From NCBI RefSeq assembly GCF_001194135.2, contig NC_068981.1, forward strand, positions 86,288,016 through 86,352,015: DNA of 64,000 bases. The letters run 5' to 3'. The notes beneath the pieces were generated by a model that worked only from the letters and a program-made list of their open reading frames with translations, ran no database searches and was not told where the DNA came from. Source of the DNA: Octopus bimaculoides. Taxonomy: Eukaryota. This document shows positions 24,155 through 38,434 of the stretch, piece after piece; the stretch's first letter is position 1, and the number at the start of each line of letters is the position of its first letter. The position numbers and the translations under genes were made by a program.

Positions 24155-26887
24155 TTAAAGATTTTTCTTTTTTACCATGGGATTGTTATCCTTCAATTCT
24201 ACCTTATTGTTTTACAGTTTGCTGTCATTTGGCATTATAATTCATTACTACTTAAATTCAAGGAAGCAGCTTGCATTCATGAAAAAAATCCCACATGAAA
24301 TTTATTCTGACTGCATGGTGTAAACATTCTGACTTCTCAAAATCAATAAAAAATCTGCTCAAGGCATTTACTGTTCATGTGCATTTGATGCACTTTTTAC
24401 TAGTTCAATTCTGACTCTTATGTGAGTGCAACAGCATGCTTTATTGAATGTCTTACAAATGAAGTGAGACTTATTCCTACACTTGTCCATCTGGCAATGT
24501 TACTGTTGTTTTAGGAGGGGGCCAGTTATGGAATGTCTGTCCTCCTCATTTTCTCGCAGTCATTCTGATTTCCAGAAACTATCTTAGGAAGAGGTGCAAT
24601 AGGTTATATTGTTATAGAATTGCCAGAAGCATAGTTTGAAATATGCTTCATAATTACATTTTCTATAAGTGACTCTACACAGGCATTCATCTTAGGGGCC
24701 ATTTTTAACTGCATGGTTTTTCTAGATAGGTGTGCAAATCTTAGAAAAACTGCATGAAATATCAAATAATAAAATTCATCAAAGGAACAGTTCCAAAAGT
24801 CAGGAAAGCCCCACTTGCTAACTTTTGTGTGCTTATGTATGCTTTGTGTGTTGAAAATTGAAATGGATCAAAAATGACTGCTTGGTATTCTAATGTTGAT
24901 AGTGAAGAATAATAAATATTTGATGATTTAAACAAAAATGCTGTCTTGTACAAAGCTCTTTCTGCCTACTCTTGTACAAATGTTACCTTTAGAAGTTTTG
25001 TTTGTAATATATCAAACAAGGTTTTTTTTTTATTTCAGCCTTTGCTGTTATTTACATAATAAGCACGCATGGCTGTGATTAAGAAGTTTGCTTCCTTGTC
25101 ACAAAGTTTCAGGTTTAATTCTACTGTATAGCATTTTTGTTGAGTGTCTTTTACTGTAGCTCTGGGATAACCACAGCCTTGTGAGTGGATTTCGTAGATG
25201 GAAACTGAAAGAAGCCCATCATATGTATGTTGTATGTTTGTATCTCCTTGTCTTGACATTGTGTGATAGTTATAAATGAGTATCCCTGTGATACAAGTAG
25301 CACCATTCATTTCCAGTCTTCTACAAAAACATGTCTGACTATGGGGAAATATACCTTGCTTGGAAACAGGAAGGGCATCCAGCCATAGAAGTTCTGCCTC
25401 AATAAACTCTGTCCAACCCATGCAAGCACAGAGAAGTGGATGTTCTGATGGTGAATGTAATTTGATGCAAAGCCTTTCCATCCTTAGCCACTCTCAAGAT
25501 CTATTTCTGTTGTTCAACCCCTCTCATTGTTTCAAACACTGCCTCCTGGCTTATGATGTTACTTTAGTGTAGTCTACTCTGTTGCAAACATTTAAACTAT
25601 GTCTTTGTTCTGAGAATAAGTTCCTTCTTCCACCAGTCTTGAAGGCCATGTAAAAAGTCATGAGCAGCACCTTTCTTTCTTTGATTAAAATATAAAAGCC
25701 CTGGAAGAATTGAACTTCATAATCTTTCATCCACCTTGTGCCAGTTTTTGCTCAGTCCCAAATTGCCTCTAGTTGAGCAGACCTGTGATCAAAAGGCATT
25801 CTATTGCTGAAGCACTTGGAATTAACAGAAAAAACTCCCTCATGGAATGTTTAAAATCTATAAACAAAATAGTTCACTCAGACTAGCTTTACCCATTATG
25901 ATCCAGTTATTAAGATAGTGGAGTACAGATTGAAAAAAAAAAATCTAGATATTATTTCTAGTAGGTTTTCTCACTGCCACAATACATAAATCCAGTGGTA
26001 TCAAAGCATTTCACAACACTTTAGATATTTCTGTTGCTAATATTATCTATCTTCATGTGTGTAAGCATGGTTGTGTGGCTAAGAGGCTTGCTTCCCAACT
26101 GTGCAGCACCTTGGGTGTCTTCTACTATAGACCCATGCAGACAGAATCTGAAAGAAGCCCACTGTATATAGGTATTTGTGTATGTGTTTATGTTTACCCT
26201 TGTCTTGATATAACATGATGGTTGTAGATTAGTATGTTGTTCATTTCCAGTCCTTCATGCAAAACAAATCTGACCATGAGAAGATATTACTTTGCTTAGA
26301 AAAAGGTGAGGGTTGGCAACAGGAAGGGCATTGGGCCATAGAAAATTTGCCTCAAATTTCATTTGACCCGTGCAAGCATGAGAAAGTGGATGTCAGATGT
26401 TGATGAATATGTCATGCCTACAGACAGCCATCATGGACAGGTGCAGGTTGACAAGAAGGGTATCTGGTCCTAGAAAATATGTCTCAACAAATTCTGTCTG
26501 AACTGTGCAAACATGGAATAATTGATCTTAAATGATTACAACCTTTTTTTTTTTTTTTTTGTACATATTATGTTAGAGGCTTCTGTTGAAAAATGTTTTT
26601 GAAAACCAAACAATCTGTTTTACTCAGGTCTCATATTTGAAAGCAATGAATCAAAATGTTTTGAATATTGTTGAAAGGTTTTCATGTTTCACATGCTAAC
26701 TGAGCATGTTAAGACAAGTGTTTTTACAGTTAAGTGTTTTTTTGCTTATCTCAAGTTGTTAGACAATTTATCTCCCTCAATGGCCTGATATAGTTGACTC
26801 TGACAAAGTTTAAACTTTGATAGTATTGGAGTAGAATCTTAACCACATGACTATTCACTCCCTATTTCTATTTATTTATATAAAATG

Positions 26888-26926
<39 letters not shown>

Positions 26927-26936
26927 NNNNNNNNNN

Positions 26937-26974
<38 letters not shown>

Positions 26975-27858
26975 AATACACACACAAGCACATATGTATA
27001 TTTATATTCATGTATGTGTATATATGTATGCATAAATGTGTGTGTGTATATGTCATGTGGAGGGGTAGTAGTGTATCAACAAACTTAACTGGAGTAATTA
27101 ATACTGCAATCAATAAAGATGTTTTCATTAATACAAAATCCAAACTTCTTTTTGGAAGGCTGCAACCCACCCACATGCACACACACACACAGTGTCCCCA
27201 TTCTAAATATTTTAACTTGATACATTTGTAAATTAAGCACATATGTGCTTACCAAAGTTTTTCCCTAAGAAAGCAGACATTAACTGTTAAAATAGTTTAA
27301 AAATAAAATTAAAAAACGCTGTATATTTTTGTAATTTTACTTGAGTCTTCTGAGAATCACTAAATATACTTTTTTATGTTAATAGAATGTTTTGGTATGT
27401 AAATAACAAGAATATTTTGAGATTGTGTTATCTCCTTATTACTTGGGCTGAAACCATTATTCATATACTGATGATATTTCACTATTCTCAACCTCATATA
27501 TGAATATATAATGGTAATATTTTATTACTTGAAGATTGCCATTAGTGTTTAATTTCTCTGGTGTTGATCTAACACAGTGGATTTTCTTTGTGTTCAGTTT
27601 TTAATCATCATGATCATCGTTTTAGCGTCCACTTTTCCATATTTGCATAGGTCACTTGGAGTTTATTGAGAGGGGTTTTCTTTCGTCGGGTGCCCTTCCA
27701 GTCATGAATTGTCATTTGTTTTGAGGCAAATTTAATTTCCCCATTCTCAGACATGTTCTAGTTGAATATTGCAAGTGAATGACACTGCTTGTATGACAGT
27801 GACACTCATTTTACAACTATCACATGATGTTGAGATGAGGAGACACAAACATACTCAC

Positions 27859-28587
27859 AAGATCGTTGCCAGTGCCCCTGGACTGGCTCTTGTGCAGGTG
27901 ACACATGAAATGTTTCGAGCGAGATCGTTGCCGGTGCCCCTTAACTGGCTCTTGTGCGGGGCTGTCGTAGGATTTTCGAGCAAGATCGTTGCCAGTGCCC
28001 CTAGACTGGCTCATGTGCAGGCGACACATGAAATGTTTCGAGCGAGATCGTTGCCGGTGCCCCTGGGCTGGCTCATGTGCGGGTGACACATGAGGTTTTT
28101 CAAGCGAGATCGTTGCCGGTGCCCCTGGACTGGCTCATGTGCGGGCGACACATGAAATCTTTCGGGCGGGATCGNNNNNNNNNNNNNNNNNNNNNNNNNN
28201 NNNNNNNNNNNNNNNNNNNNNNNNNNNNNNNNNNNNNNNNNNNNNNNNNNNNNNNNNNNNNNNNNNNNNNNNNNNNNNNNNNNNNNNNNNNNNNNNNNNN
28301 NNNNNNNNNNNNNNNNNNNNNNNNNNNNNNNNNNNNNNNNNNNNNNNNNNNNNNNNNNNNNNNNNNNNNNNNNNNNNNNNNNNNNNNNNNNNNNNNNNNN
28401 NNNNNNNNNNNNNNNNNNNNNNNNNNNNNNNNNNNNNNNNNNNNNNNNNNNNNNNNNNNNNNNNNNNNNNNNNNNNNNNNNNNNNNNNNNNNNNNNNNNN
28501 NNNNNNNNNNNNNNNNNNNNNNAGCGAGATCGTTGCCGGTGCCCCTGGGCTGGCTCATGTGCGGGTGACACATGAGGTTTTTCGAGC
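27859..28587 (+). repeat. 61-62-bp minisatellite in an RTE 3' UTR, spanning an assembly gap
   Basis: Unit starts at 27859, 27921, 27982, 28044, 28106, 28168, (gap), 28526. Confidence 0.9.
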
Positions 28588-28815
28588 GAGATGAGCATGG
28601 CCGTTGCCAGTACCGCCTGACTGGCCTTCGTGCGGGTGACACGTAAAAGCACCCACTACACTCTCTGAGTGGTTGGCGTTAGGAAGGGCATCCAGCTGTA
28701 GAAACTCTGCCAAATCAGAATGGAGCCTGGTGTAGCCATCTGGTTTCACCAGTCCTCAGTCAAATCGTCCAACCCATGCTAGCATGGAAAGCGGATGTTA
28801 AACGACGACGACGAT
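28588..28815 (+). mobile_element. RTE-type LINE 3' terminus
   Basis: gtggttggcgttaggaagggcatccagctgtagaaac...gcatggaaagcggatgttaaacgacgacgacgat tail. Confidence 0.8.
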
Positions 28816-30434
28816 ACGATGGGCTTCTTTCAGTTTCTATCTACCAAATCCATTCACAAGGCTTTGGTCAGTATGGGGGCTATAGTTGAAGACACTTGCC
28901 TAAGGTGCTATACAGAGGTTCTGAATCTGGAACCATGTGGTTAGGAAGCTAACTTCTTACCAGCCATTCCTGTGCCTCTTATTATTTGAAAATTGACTTT
29001 AATATTTAATTTCTCTCATGTTGGATGAGTATAATGGACTTTTTCCAGTTTGCTTTCTGTTTAAGCTTTGCTTAATATTCATGAAATAATGTTTGCTTTG
29101 ATGTATGAGAAAGGACAATTGGTCTTTATTGAGGAAAATGCTTTATACTTTTATTGTTGCTGTAGGGCTCCTTTGTTTCTCTTCTCTTGCATCATTTCTA
29201 AAGTATTACTCTGTAGGATGGGTCATTCAACTTAAAAGATGTTGACACTGGAAATTTAAAAGATAATGATGATATTGTTATAGGTGCAGGCATGGGTGTG
29301 TGGTAAGAAGTTTACTTCCCAATCACATGATTCTTGTTCAATCCTACTGCATAGCAACTTTGTGCAGGTGTATTCTGCTATACCCCCAGGCTGACCAAAG
29401 CCTTGCAAATGAATTCGATAGACAGGAACTGAAAGATGTCCATTGTGTATAAATATATATGTTTGTGTTTGTGTGTCACTTTTTCCTTGCTTCGATATGG
29501 CATGATAGTTGTGAACAAATGACATCATCATGCAAACATTGTTCTTCATTCCTAGCATTCCATGTAAACATATCTGGTTATGAGGAAATATCTTACTTGT
29601 AAACAAGTGACAGTCAGCAACAGGAAGGATATCTGGCTGTAGAAAATCCATCTCAGAAATGTCCATCTGACCTAGTGTAATAAGACGCTTCCTTCCCAAC
29701 CACATGGTTCCAGGTTCAGTCCCACTATGTGACACCTTGGGCAAGTGTCTTCTACTATAATCTCAGGCTGACCAAATCTTTGAGAGGGATTTGGTAGATG
29801 GAAACTGAAGGAAGCCCATCATATGTGTGTATATATATCTGTGTGTGAATATATCTATGTGTGTGTTTTGTGTCTGTGTTTGTTCCCCATCTTTTGACAA
29901 CTAGTGTTGGTGTGTTTACATCCCTTTAATTTCGCAGTTTAGCAAAAGAGACCAATAGATTAAGTACCAGGTTTAAAAAAAACCCAGTATTGATGTCAAT
30001 TTGTTCAACTAAGATTCTTCAAGCTGGTGCCCCAGCATGGCTGCAGTCACATAACTGAAACAAGTGTAAAGACAAAAGATAAACTCAATTCTCCTTTGGA
30101 CATGTTTTACACCATCCTTTCTTGAGTTATCCCAAGGCATTCTGGTGGATGGCACCTATTTGAAAAATACTGATTTAATTATTTAATCTAATACCAAATT
30201 TTCTTGTTGAAGGGAATTCATTTTATATTATCGGCTGCTTTTGAATCTCTCATGCGTTATTAATTAATTCACTGCTTCATCTGAAAAATTAGCATCAGTT
30301 TCACTTGAGTGACTTGCATTAAGAGCACTCAACTATAAAGATACACATTATGTAAATATGTGAATTGGCAGAATAAACCATTAAGGAAATTTGTGGTTAA
30401 CAAAAAATAANNNNNNNNNNNNNNNNNNNNNNNN

Positions 30435-30656
30435 ATGAGGAGATGCTGGAAAATTCCTGGCTTTAAGGGTATTGTGAAAGGCCTGGGTTGGAGGCACAAC
30501 CTTCCAAGTTCTTTTACTGGGCTCAGAAAAATTTGAAGGACCACTGCAATAAATGTGTGAATCTGAGAGGGGATTATGTTAAATAACATCATAATTAAGT
30601 GATCCTTCTGTGTTTTCTTTTACCCAAAGCAAGGAACTTTTCAGCACTCCCTCATA
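30435..30656. mobile_element. Mariner-derived MITE
   Basis: TIRs atgaggagatgctggaaaattcctggct / agcaaggaacttttcagcactccctcat; same family as 56849-57072. Confidence 0.7.
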
Positions 30657-32061
30657 GATGCTGGCATGGTTATATGGTTAAGAAACTTGCTTTGCAACTG
30701 CATGGCTTCTAGCTCTGTGCCAACTGCCATGAGAGAAAATTTGGTGGACATAAGCTATGATGATGATGATGTTGATTTTACATACACACACACACACACA
30801 CACATACACACACACACATTCATGTGTCTGTGTTTTTTCTCTCCACATCACTTGACAAGTGTTGGTTTATTTACATCCCATGACCTTGTGGTTTGGCAAA
30901 AGAGTTTGATAGAATGAGTACCAAACTTAAAAAAAAAAAAGTACTTGGGTTGATTTGTTCAACTGAAACATTTCAATACAGTGCCCCAACATGGCCGCAG
31001 CCCAATGGCTGAAACAGATAAAAGAAAGATAGCTCTATATTAATCAGTTATTACAATTTAGAATGTAGTTTGTGTCTTACAGTAAAACGTCCTAGAAATT
31101 TTGATAAATTGTCATATTTTAGTTAGGTTTGGTTTGATGACTTGTGCTCTTCAGGACTTTACTTTTCATCATGGAATCTGTTTAATGAAGTAAATCTGGA
31201 CAATATTCGTCTTCCATAAGAAGAAAATCCATCATATGCAGTGTCCTGTTTATTTTTATCTCTTAATGAACTGGCTTTTGTTGTTATAAACTATTACTAA
31301 GTCTCCTTAAATCCAAGTGTTGTGGTTTAGTCCCAGGTTATCCCTAATCAGCAGAACTGTAATCAAAGGCATTACAGTAATGGCCATCTCACCTTCTTTT
31401 TGCAAAATGGTAGGGTGTTTTTAAAAGAGACATGACTAACATTTCTAGCAAGTTGAAACACTACCTAGAGGCTTCCTCATTGGCTTGTGAATTTCATTTT
31501 TAAATTCAGAGCAAATCTAATTTACTAACTCAGGCCAGGCTTTTCTTTCAGCTGTAGTTTGTTGTTCACTCTGTATTAGCCTGCCTATTCTCCCAATAAT
31601 TGTAAATATAATGGAAATCTAGACTTCAGCTTCAGAAGTGTTGCTCTATTTACTTATTCATAATTAATATATTCAGTCTATCAAAACTGATAACTATAGG
31701 TTAGTCAGCTTCAATCTTTTTTGTGTCATCACTTTTTGATCTCTCTCTGTAGTTGGTCTTAGAAAGTTTATAACACAGTACAGCTGCTTTGCTCACATGT
31801 GGCCAGACAGACATGTATAAAAAGTAGGTGTTAGCTGAACGAGTAATTTAGGTTGTTTGTTTGAAACTATTTTAACAATAACATAAGTTTTTTTTTTTTA
31901 ATGCGTTTCACATTTAACTTGCTTATTGCTGTGTAGTTAGGGAGTTTGCTTCCTAGCCACATGGTTTGCAGTTCATTGCATGGCACCTTGGGCAATTGTC
32001 TTCTATTACATTCCTGGGCCAACCAAAGCTGTGTGAGTGATTTGTTTGATAGAAACTGAAA

Positions 32062-32322
32062 GGCGGCGAGCTGGCAGAAACGTTAGTACGCCGGGCGAAA
32101 TGCTTAGTGGTATTTCGTCTGTCGTTACGTTCTGAGTTCAAATTCCGCCAAGGTCGACTTTACCTTTCATCCTTTCAGGGTCGATAAATTAAGTACCAGT
32201 TACGCACTGGGGTCGATATAATCGACTTAACCCCTTTGTCTTGTTCGTCCCCTCTATGTTTAATCAATTTAATCAATCGTCCCCTCTATGTTTAGCTCCT
32301 TGTGGGCAATAAAGAAATAAGA
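32062..32322 (+). mobile_element. Young family-B SINE nested in an older family-A copy
   Basis: gaaactgaaag is present on both sides of the insert; CpGs are intact. Confidence 0.85.
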
Positions 32323-32892
32323 AACTGAAAGAAGCCCATTGTAGGTGCAAGCATAGCTGTTTGATTAAGAAGTTTGCTTTACTATCAAGTGGTTTCAGGT
32401 TCAGTCCCACTACATGGCACTTTGGGCTATTGTCTTCTACTATAGCCTTGGGCCAACTAATGCCTTGTGAGTGAAATTGGTAGACAGCAGCTACATGGAA
32501 GCTCATACATGTATATGTTTGTGCTTGTCTCCCACCCTCCCCACTTGATAGTTGGTATTGGTTTGTTTACATCCCCATCACTTAGCAGTTTAACAAAAGA
32601 GGCCTATAGAACAAGTATCACACTTTAAAAATAATACTGGGGTCAATTTGTTCACCTTAACCATTTAAGGTGGTGCCCTAGCATAGCTGCTGTCCAGTGA
32701 CTGTGTATGTGCTTGTCTCCTTGTCTTGACATTGCACAGTAGTTGTAAACAAACATTACTATCATACAAGCTGCGGTGTTCATTTCTAATCTTCCATAGA
32801 AGCATGTTAGGGTTGGTAACAAGAAGGACGTCTGGTTGTAGAAAATCAGCTTCATCAACTTCCACTTGACCCATGCAATCATGGAAAAGTGA

Positions 32893-33279
32893 GCAGGAAT
32901 GACTGTGTGGTAAGTAGCTTCCTTACCAACCACATGGTTCTGGGTTCATTCCCACTGCGTGGCACCTTGGGCAAGTGTCTTCTACTATAGTTTTGGGCCG
33001 ACCAAAGCCTTGTGAATGGATTTGGTAGACGGAAAACTGAAAGAAGCCTGTCGTATATATGTATACATATATATGTGTGTGTGTCTGTGTTTGTTCCCCC
33101 AACGTCGCTTGACAACCGATGCTGGTGTGTTTACGTCCCCGTAACTTAGCGGTTCGGCAAAAGAGACCGATAGAATAAGTACTGGGCTTACAAAGAATAA
33201 GTCCTTGGGTCGATTTGCTCGACTAAAGGCGGTGCTCCAGCATGGCCACAGTCAAATGACTGAAACAAGTAAAAGAGTA
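32893..33279 (+). mobile_element. Full-length family-A CORE-like SINE
   Basis: tRNA-like head, ggcaccttgggcaagtgtcttc CORE-like segment, (TA/TG) middle, gactgaaacaagtaaaagagta tail. Confidence 0.9.
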
Positions 33280-33368
33280 TTAAATGATGATGATGAATTT
33301 TAGACAACCTTATCTGCATATATCTAACTGTCATTATATAAAGGCAAAATGTATGCATTCATCTGTAC

Positions 33369-33706
33369 TAATGGTTCTCAATCATTTTTTACCCATTGAC
33401 TCCTTTAATTACTATTTTATTCTGGTGACCCCCTCCATAGCCATTCAATGTCTAAAAACTTGTTTTATAGATAATTCTATCAAAACTCCTATTTTGCTTT
33501 TCATACATTAACTTGTGTAGGTTGTACCATGTAAAACAGAGAAAGAAACTGAGCTGTTTCTTGCAATAAATACAGCTAAAGCAAAACTTTTCATGAACCT
33601 TTAAAATACTACTGTGGATCCCCAGTTTACTATTTTACTCATGTAGACCCACCAGAATCTTATATGGACTACTAGGGATCATGTGGACCTTGGTTGAGAA
33701 CCACTG
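33369..33706. mobile_element. hAT (Charlie-type) MITE
   Basis: Termini taatggttctcaat / gttgagaaccactg; degenerate 8-bp TSD atctgtac / atctaaac. Confidence 0.65.
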
Positions 33707-36300
33707 ATCTAAACGTATAAGGTTGTCTAAAATTCCATTGTCGAAACATTTAATTACATTAAAGTTTTTTCAATGTCTTACCTTGATTCTTTTTCTGTAG
33801 TGGACATTTTTATACATCATTAACTATAATCAGAATTATTATGACTTGCTAAGTTTGAAATGGCCAAAAATAAAGTTTATATAGAGGTGATTTCATAGCC
33901 CGTGAATCAAATTTGTTGTTGGTATTTCAGTATGTTTCTGTCTTTGGATAGAACTTGTTATTTTTGAATTGTCTCAGTTAACCTGTCTGTCAAAATAGGT
34001 TTCTGGTCATTTGGGAATTTTCACTCTGAAGACCAAGTTCCACAAGTCATATTAGTTCACTCTGCCATTGGATTTGATTATGAAAGCTGGTGAATGTATC
34101 AGCTACAATGAATTCCTCTCGCATGGAATTTACTGAAGTTTGCTTTCACCCTTTTGATACCAACTCACCTGAGGCTGCCCCTGGTTCTACGATACATACT
34201 TTTTGTTTTAAAGTGATCTAATTGTAAACCTATGGAAATTTCACATTCAAATTATGATCCAAACACCAGTTTAATAATGATAATTATTTTACTAAACTCC
34301 TCATTGATTTGAAAAATTACAAATACAAAAGTAGTATATTTCAGTAAAAATATAGCAAAAGGATTAATCAGAATTTACTGAAATATTTTTAAATAACACC
34401 ATTGTCTATATTTAATAAATTTAAGATTTGAACTTGCTTTCATCTTTTGTACTCATTTTCATTCCCCTAATATCCTTTCATCATTTTGTTTTTTACATAA
34501 GCACCTAGTTATACTCTGTAACAGGGTTGGTATTAGGAAGGGCATCCAGCTGTAGAAACCAAGCCAAAACAAACTATGGACCCAGGTGCAGCCCCTTAGC
34601 CTTGACAGTTCCTGTTAAGTTGTCCAGCCCATGCCAGCATGGAAAACAGACGTTAAATGTTGCTGCTGCTAATAATGATCCTATGAAGTTATTTGGAATC
34701 CTAACATAAATCAATATTCTGTTATATACATCTTAATAAAAATTAGAAGTAGATTTCATGTTTATTGATAAAAGGCAATTGAATAATAGTTATAATTACT
34801 AAACACATGATATTACACTAACATCTCAGAATTGATTAATTACTCTATCACGTATATGTTAGATCTGTTATTTCTAAATTAAATTAAATCAATATATGAA
34901 TTATTTTGTATAAAACATAGATTATATTAACTTTTTCTTTTACATCACTATATAGTAGATAATAGAATTATATTAGTTAATATTTTAGTGTTTTTAACTG
35001 ATGCAGCTATGTGTGTAATTACTATACTTTATTGACATTCTCTGAGTTTCTACTTAGTCAGTCAGCAGAAAATTAATGCTCTAATGTATCAGACCTAATT
35101 TCCAAAAATATTTCTTCAAATAACCCAAGTTTTGTAAGCAGCCTCCAAAGCCTAACACGACACATTGCAAGGCTCCTTGATTTCTTTTATTAACAAGTGT
35201 CTTAATTTTTAATTTTATTTACTTTTTCTCACATAATGTGACCGAGGTTGTTTGTAAGCTTTCTTCTTTAAGGTAAAGGCATGTCAGACAAAAATTATTT
35301 CCAATCCCACTTCACTAGTATTAATATAAATTTTCAGAATAAATGACTCAGTGCCACACCCTTTAACAGCTTCAGTTTGTGTCCTATTTCTTTTTTCCTT
35401 CTGCGTTTTATTGTTGTTGGATATGCTTAGCAAATCTCTGGTGTTGAAATACCCTTGATACAAGGTGCTGTAGTCTGATCGAAGATTAATGGTACATTTT
35501 CTTATTAGGTTGCTGCATTTATCCTTGTAATTTTTGTTCTGTCTCTTAGAATAATAATTGTGTGAAGGAAGTTGATTTTTAGGAACCACATACTTGTTGA
35601 TTCCAATGTGGTGTTTATATTGAAGACAAATTGGAAATAATGCATAAAACTCGTTATACCTCAAGTCTATCCTGATCAGAGGCATTCCAGAATTGACTAG
35701 CCTGTCATTTTTTATATCTATAATTACATTTTGAGTGTAAGACAGTAGGATGTGACTTGAGGGAGATTTTGTTGCTATCTCTAGCATATTGAATGACTAA
35801 TGAGGTTCCTTTATTGACTCATAAATTGTTAGTACTTATAGATGTAATCAGGCCTGGTTATATTTGAATCGTTAGCCAAACATTGTAACTAATACTTAAT
35901 TTAGTATTAACTTATAATGCAAGGAGTATTAAAAAGCTGACTATAAAAATCATGCAGTGAAGAAAAAACAGTTTTAATCAATGACTAATTGAATTCTTTT
36001 GACAACCAGTGGGCAAAACTGGTTTTAATCTTGTGATTTCACCAGCAAAACAAAAATTTCACCATACTGGCCAAAGTAGTGATGGGAGAATTGCTTTGTA
36101 AGTGTATGAAATTGTACACTGGCTGGAATAGAAATGAATGGATTGTCAGCTCCACTTATAAAACTCTTATCATAAGTTATTTCATAGGCATTTATATACA
36201 TATGGCTCCTTAACTCCAATTGATAAGCAATGGATAAGCTTTCATATTATCAAACATCTACACATTTGTGGCAAAAGGGAAGGAAGTGTTTTGATCTAAG

Positions 36301-36351
<51 letters not shown>

Positions 36352-36384
36352 TTATACCTTCATGTATATACACATACTCACACA

Positions 36385-37090
36385 TATTTATAAGTTCATC
36401 ATCATTTGATGGTTGTTTTCCATGGGTTGGATGGTTTGGCAGGAGCTGACCAGTTGAAGAGTTGCAGCAGGCTCTATTTGTCTGTTTTGGCATGCTCTCT
36501 ATGGCTGGATGCACTTTCTAACATCAACCACTTTACAATGTGTACTGGGTGCTTTTTATGTGGTACCAGCACAGGTGCTTTTTTACACGACACCAATATA
36601 GGTGCTGTTTACATGGTACCAGCACAGGTGCTTGTATATGGCACCAGTCCAGGTACTTTTTATGACACATTAGCACCAGTGGGGTTGCCAAGTAATTTGC
36701 ATGTCAAAGACCACTTAACTGAGACCTGGAGTGGAACCGAAGGAAGTGACTGTGTGCCAGGTGAGAAGTTAGAGTATAATAGAGGGACAAAGATAGTTGT
36801 CATACTATAGGGGAGAAACTTGGCTAGCCTAATAGGACAAGGGAGGAGAAAGTTAGAGAGAGAAAGAAAGAAATAGGTGGTGTTGGAGATGTATTGGGGC
36901 ATGCCCACAGGGAACAGTAGAGTGTGTGGTAGGTATCTAAGGGCATGAAGAGTATGTGGACAGACACATGAGGGAGAATGGAGGGGCTTGCCATGGGTGG
37001 TGAGATGGAGGGATGTTAGGAAGATGGGTTGTGGAGGAGTTTTAAGAGAAGAGAAATTTTGTGTGTGTGAGAGAGAGAAAGAGAGAGGGG
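36385..37090 (-). mobile_element. Old RTE-tail-related repeat with short tandem subunits and purine-rich extension
   Basis: (catcat)...ggatgcactttct...aaccactttaca motif and repeated ggtaccagcacaggtgct. Related copies at about 53130-53600 and 54940-55400. Confidence 0.55.
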
Positions 37091-37149
37091 GGAACAACCA
37101 TAATGTTACTTAGCTTGTGTTTTATATATATATTTTTGTGTATATATAA

Positions 37150-37730
37150 AAGGATAAAGGGTAAAGACCCCCATCAGTCATGAATGACCATGGGATTGCA
37201 CCTAGAAAGTTCCCCCTCCTAGACAAAAGTCAGAATTCATTTTAGTGGATGCCTTTCTGCACAGCAGCAGCACCATCCCAGACGTTCTAGCAATACTCCT
37301 TGATAAAGTTTCACCTAAACCCTGCACTGTCAACTTTTGGTAGGGCTGAACTGTCTTCTGGCCTTGAAGAGGAGAGTCAGTTACTGAGATATGATCCTTG
37401 CTATTGTTAAGGATGTACTTCCAACCACCTACCTCTATGGAACTGGTAATGATCCTTCCACAGGTTCACTTATGAAAACTTTGTTTTCTCTAAGTTATCA
37501 GATTTGATTGTCTTTTCTGGGCCATCAGAAAGTGCACACAACTCATTGGCCAAATCCAAGGACCTCATCAGACCATTAGATTGGTAGTCGTGATGGATGG
37601 TGTGTACAAAATGCAGGAACATAATCAACACAGGCTGATGACCCATGACTGCTGGGAATTCCTTATTCACAGGGTTGGTTCCAGGCCTCAATCCCTATCA
37701 TAGGAGGTGGTTTAAGGGAGACACACCCAC
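37150..37730 (-). mobile_element. Decayed RTE LINE 3' fragment
   Basis: gtaaagacccc..tcagtcatgaatgaccatgggattgcacctagaaag tail; minus-strand remnants resemble RTE C-terminal RLRWLGHV..DG and WR.AV.KG motifs. Confidence 0.45.
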
Positions 37731-38183
37731 TGATACCTAACAATTGGCAGTGATTATGGGGCCCTTACTGAAAGTAGTTCATGATTGAGAGAAAAGTAAT
37801 GATGTTCTCTTAATGAGTCTCACATTTTTACTCTAGAAAGAGAAAAATTGGCATATTCCCATTGGAGGATGCTTTCAAGATCTTTGTGGAATCCTGCAGG
37901 TTTGAATGTGGTGTCCTGGTTGTAAATGGATGATACATGGTTAGACAGTATTGGTTTCCAATTTTGGCACAAGGCCAGCAAGTTTAGAGGAGGAGCTCAG
38001 TCAATTACATCATCTCCAGTGCCCAACTGGTACTCTTTTTATCAACCTTGAAAAGGATAAAAGGCAAAGTTGACCTTGGTGCAATTTAAACTCAATGTAA
38101 AGATGAATGAAATGCTGCTAAGCATTTTGCCCAGTGTGCTAACAATTCTGTCAGTTTACCATTTTACAATAAGATAATATTAA

Positions 38184-38434
38184 CTCTTTTGATACCAACC
38201 GAGCAGAAACTGCTTCTCACTCTGTAGTTCAAATGTCTTGTTTTCAAAAAAGTTCTGAATTAAAATCTTCCACCAAACCTTAATCACAATTCATGTTCCT
38301 AACACTAGCTTAATGATAACTAAGTTGTTTTACTAAATTCTTTGTTATATTTAAAATTACTAAATTCTTTGTTATATTTAAAATTAACTGAAAGAAACAT
38401 GGAGCATCTCAACAGAAATATGGTAACAAAAAGG
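38184..38434 (+). mobile_element. TTAA-specific MITE, family 2
   Basis: ttaa|ctcttttgatacc ... ggtaacaaaaagg|ttaa. Related copies at about 34150-34380, 40995-41160 and 53636-53824. Confidence 0.7.

Noticed and set aside
27859-28587. Regularly spaced repeats resembling a CRISPR array
   Set aside because: Contiguous tandem units with no unique spacers, part of an RTE UTR in a eukaryote.
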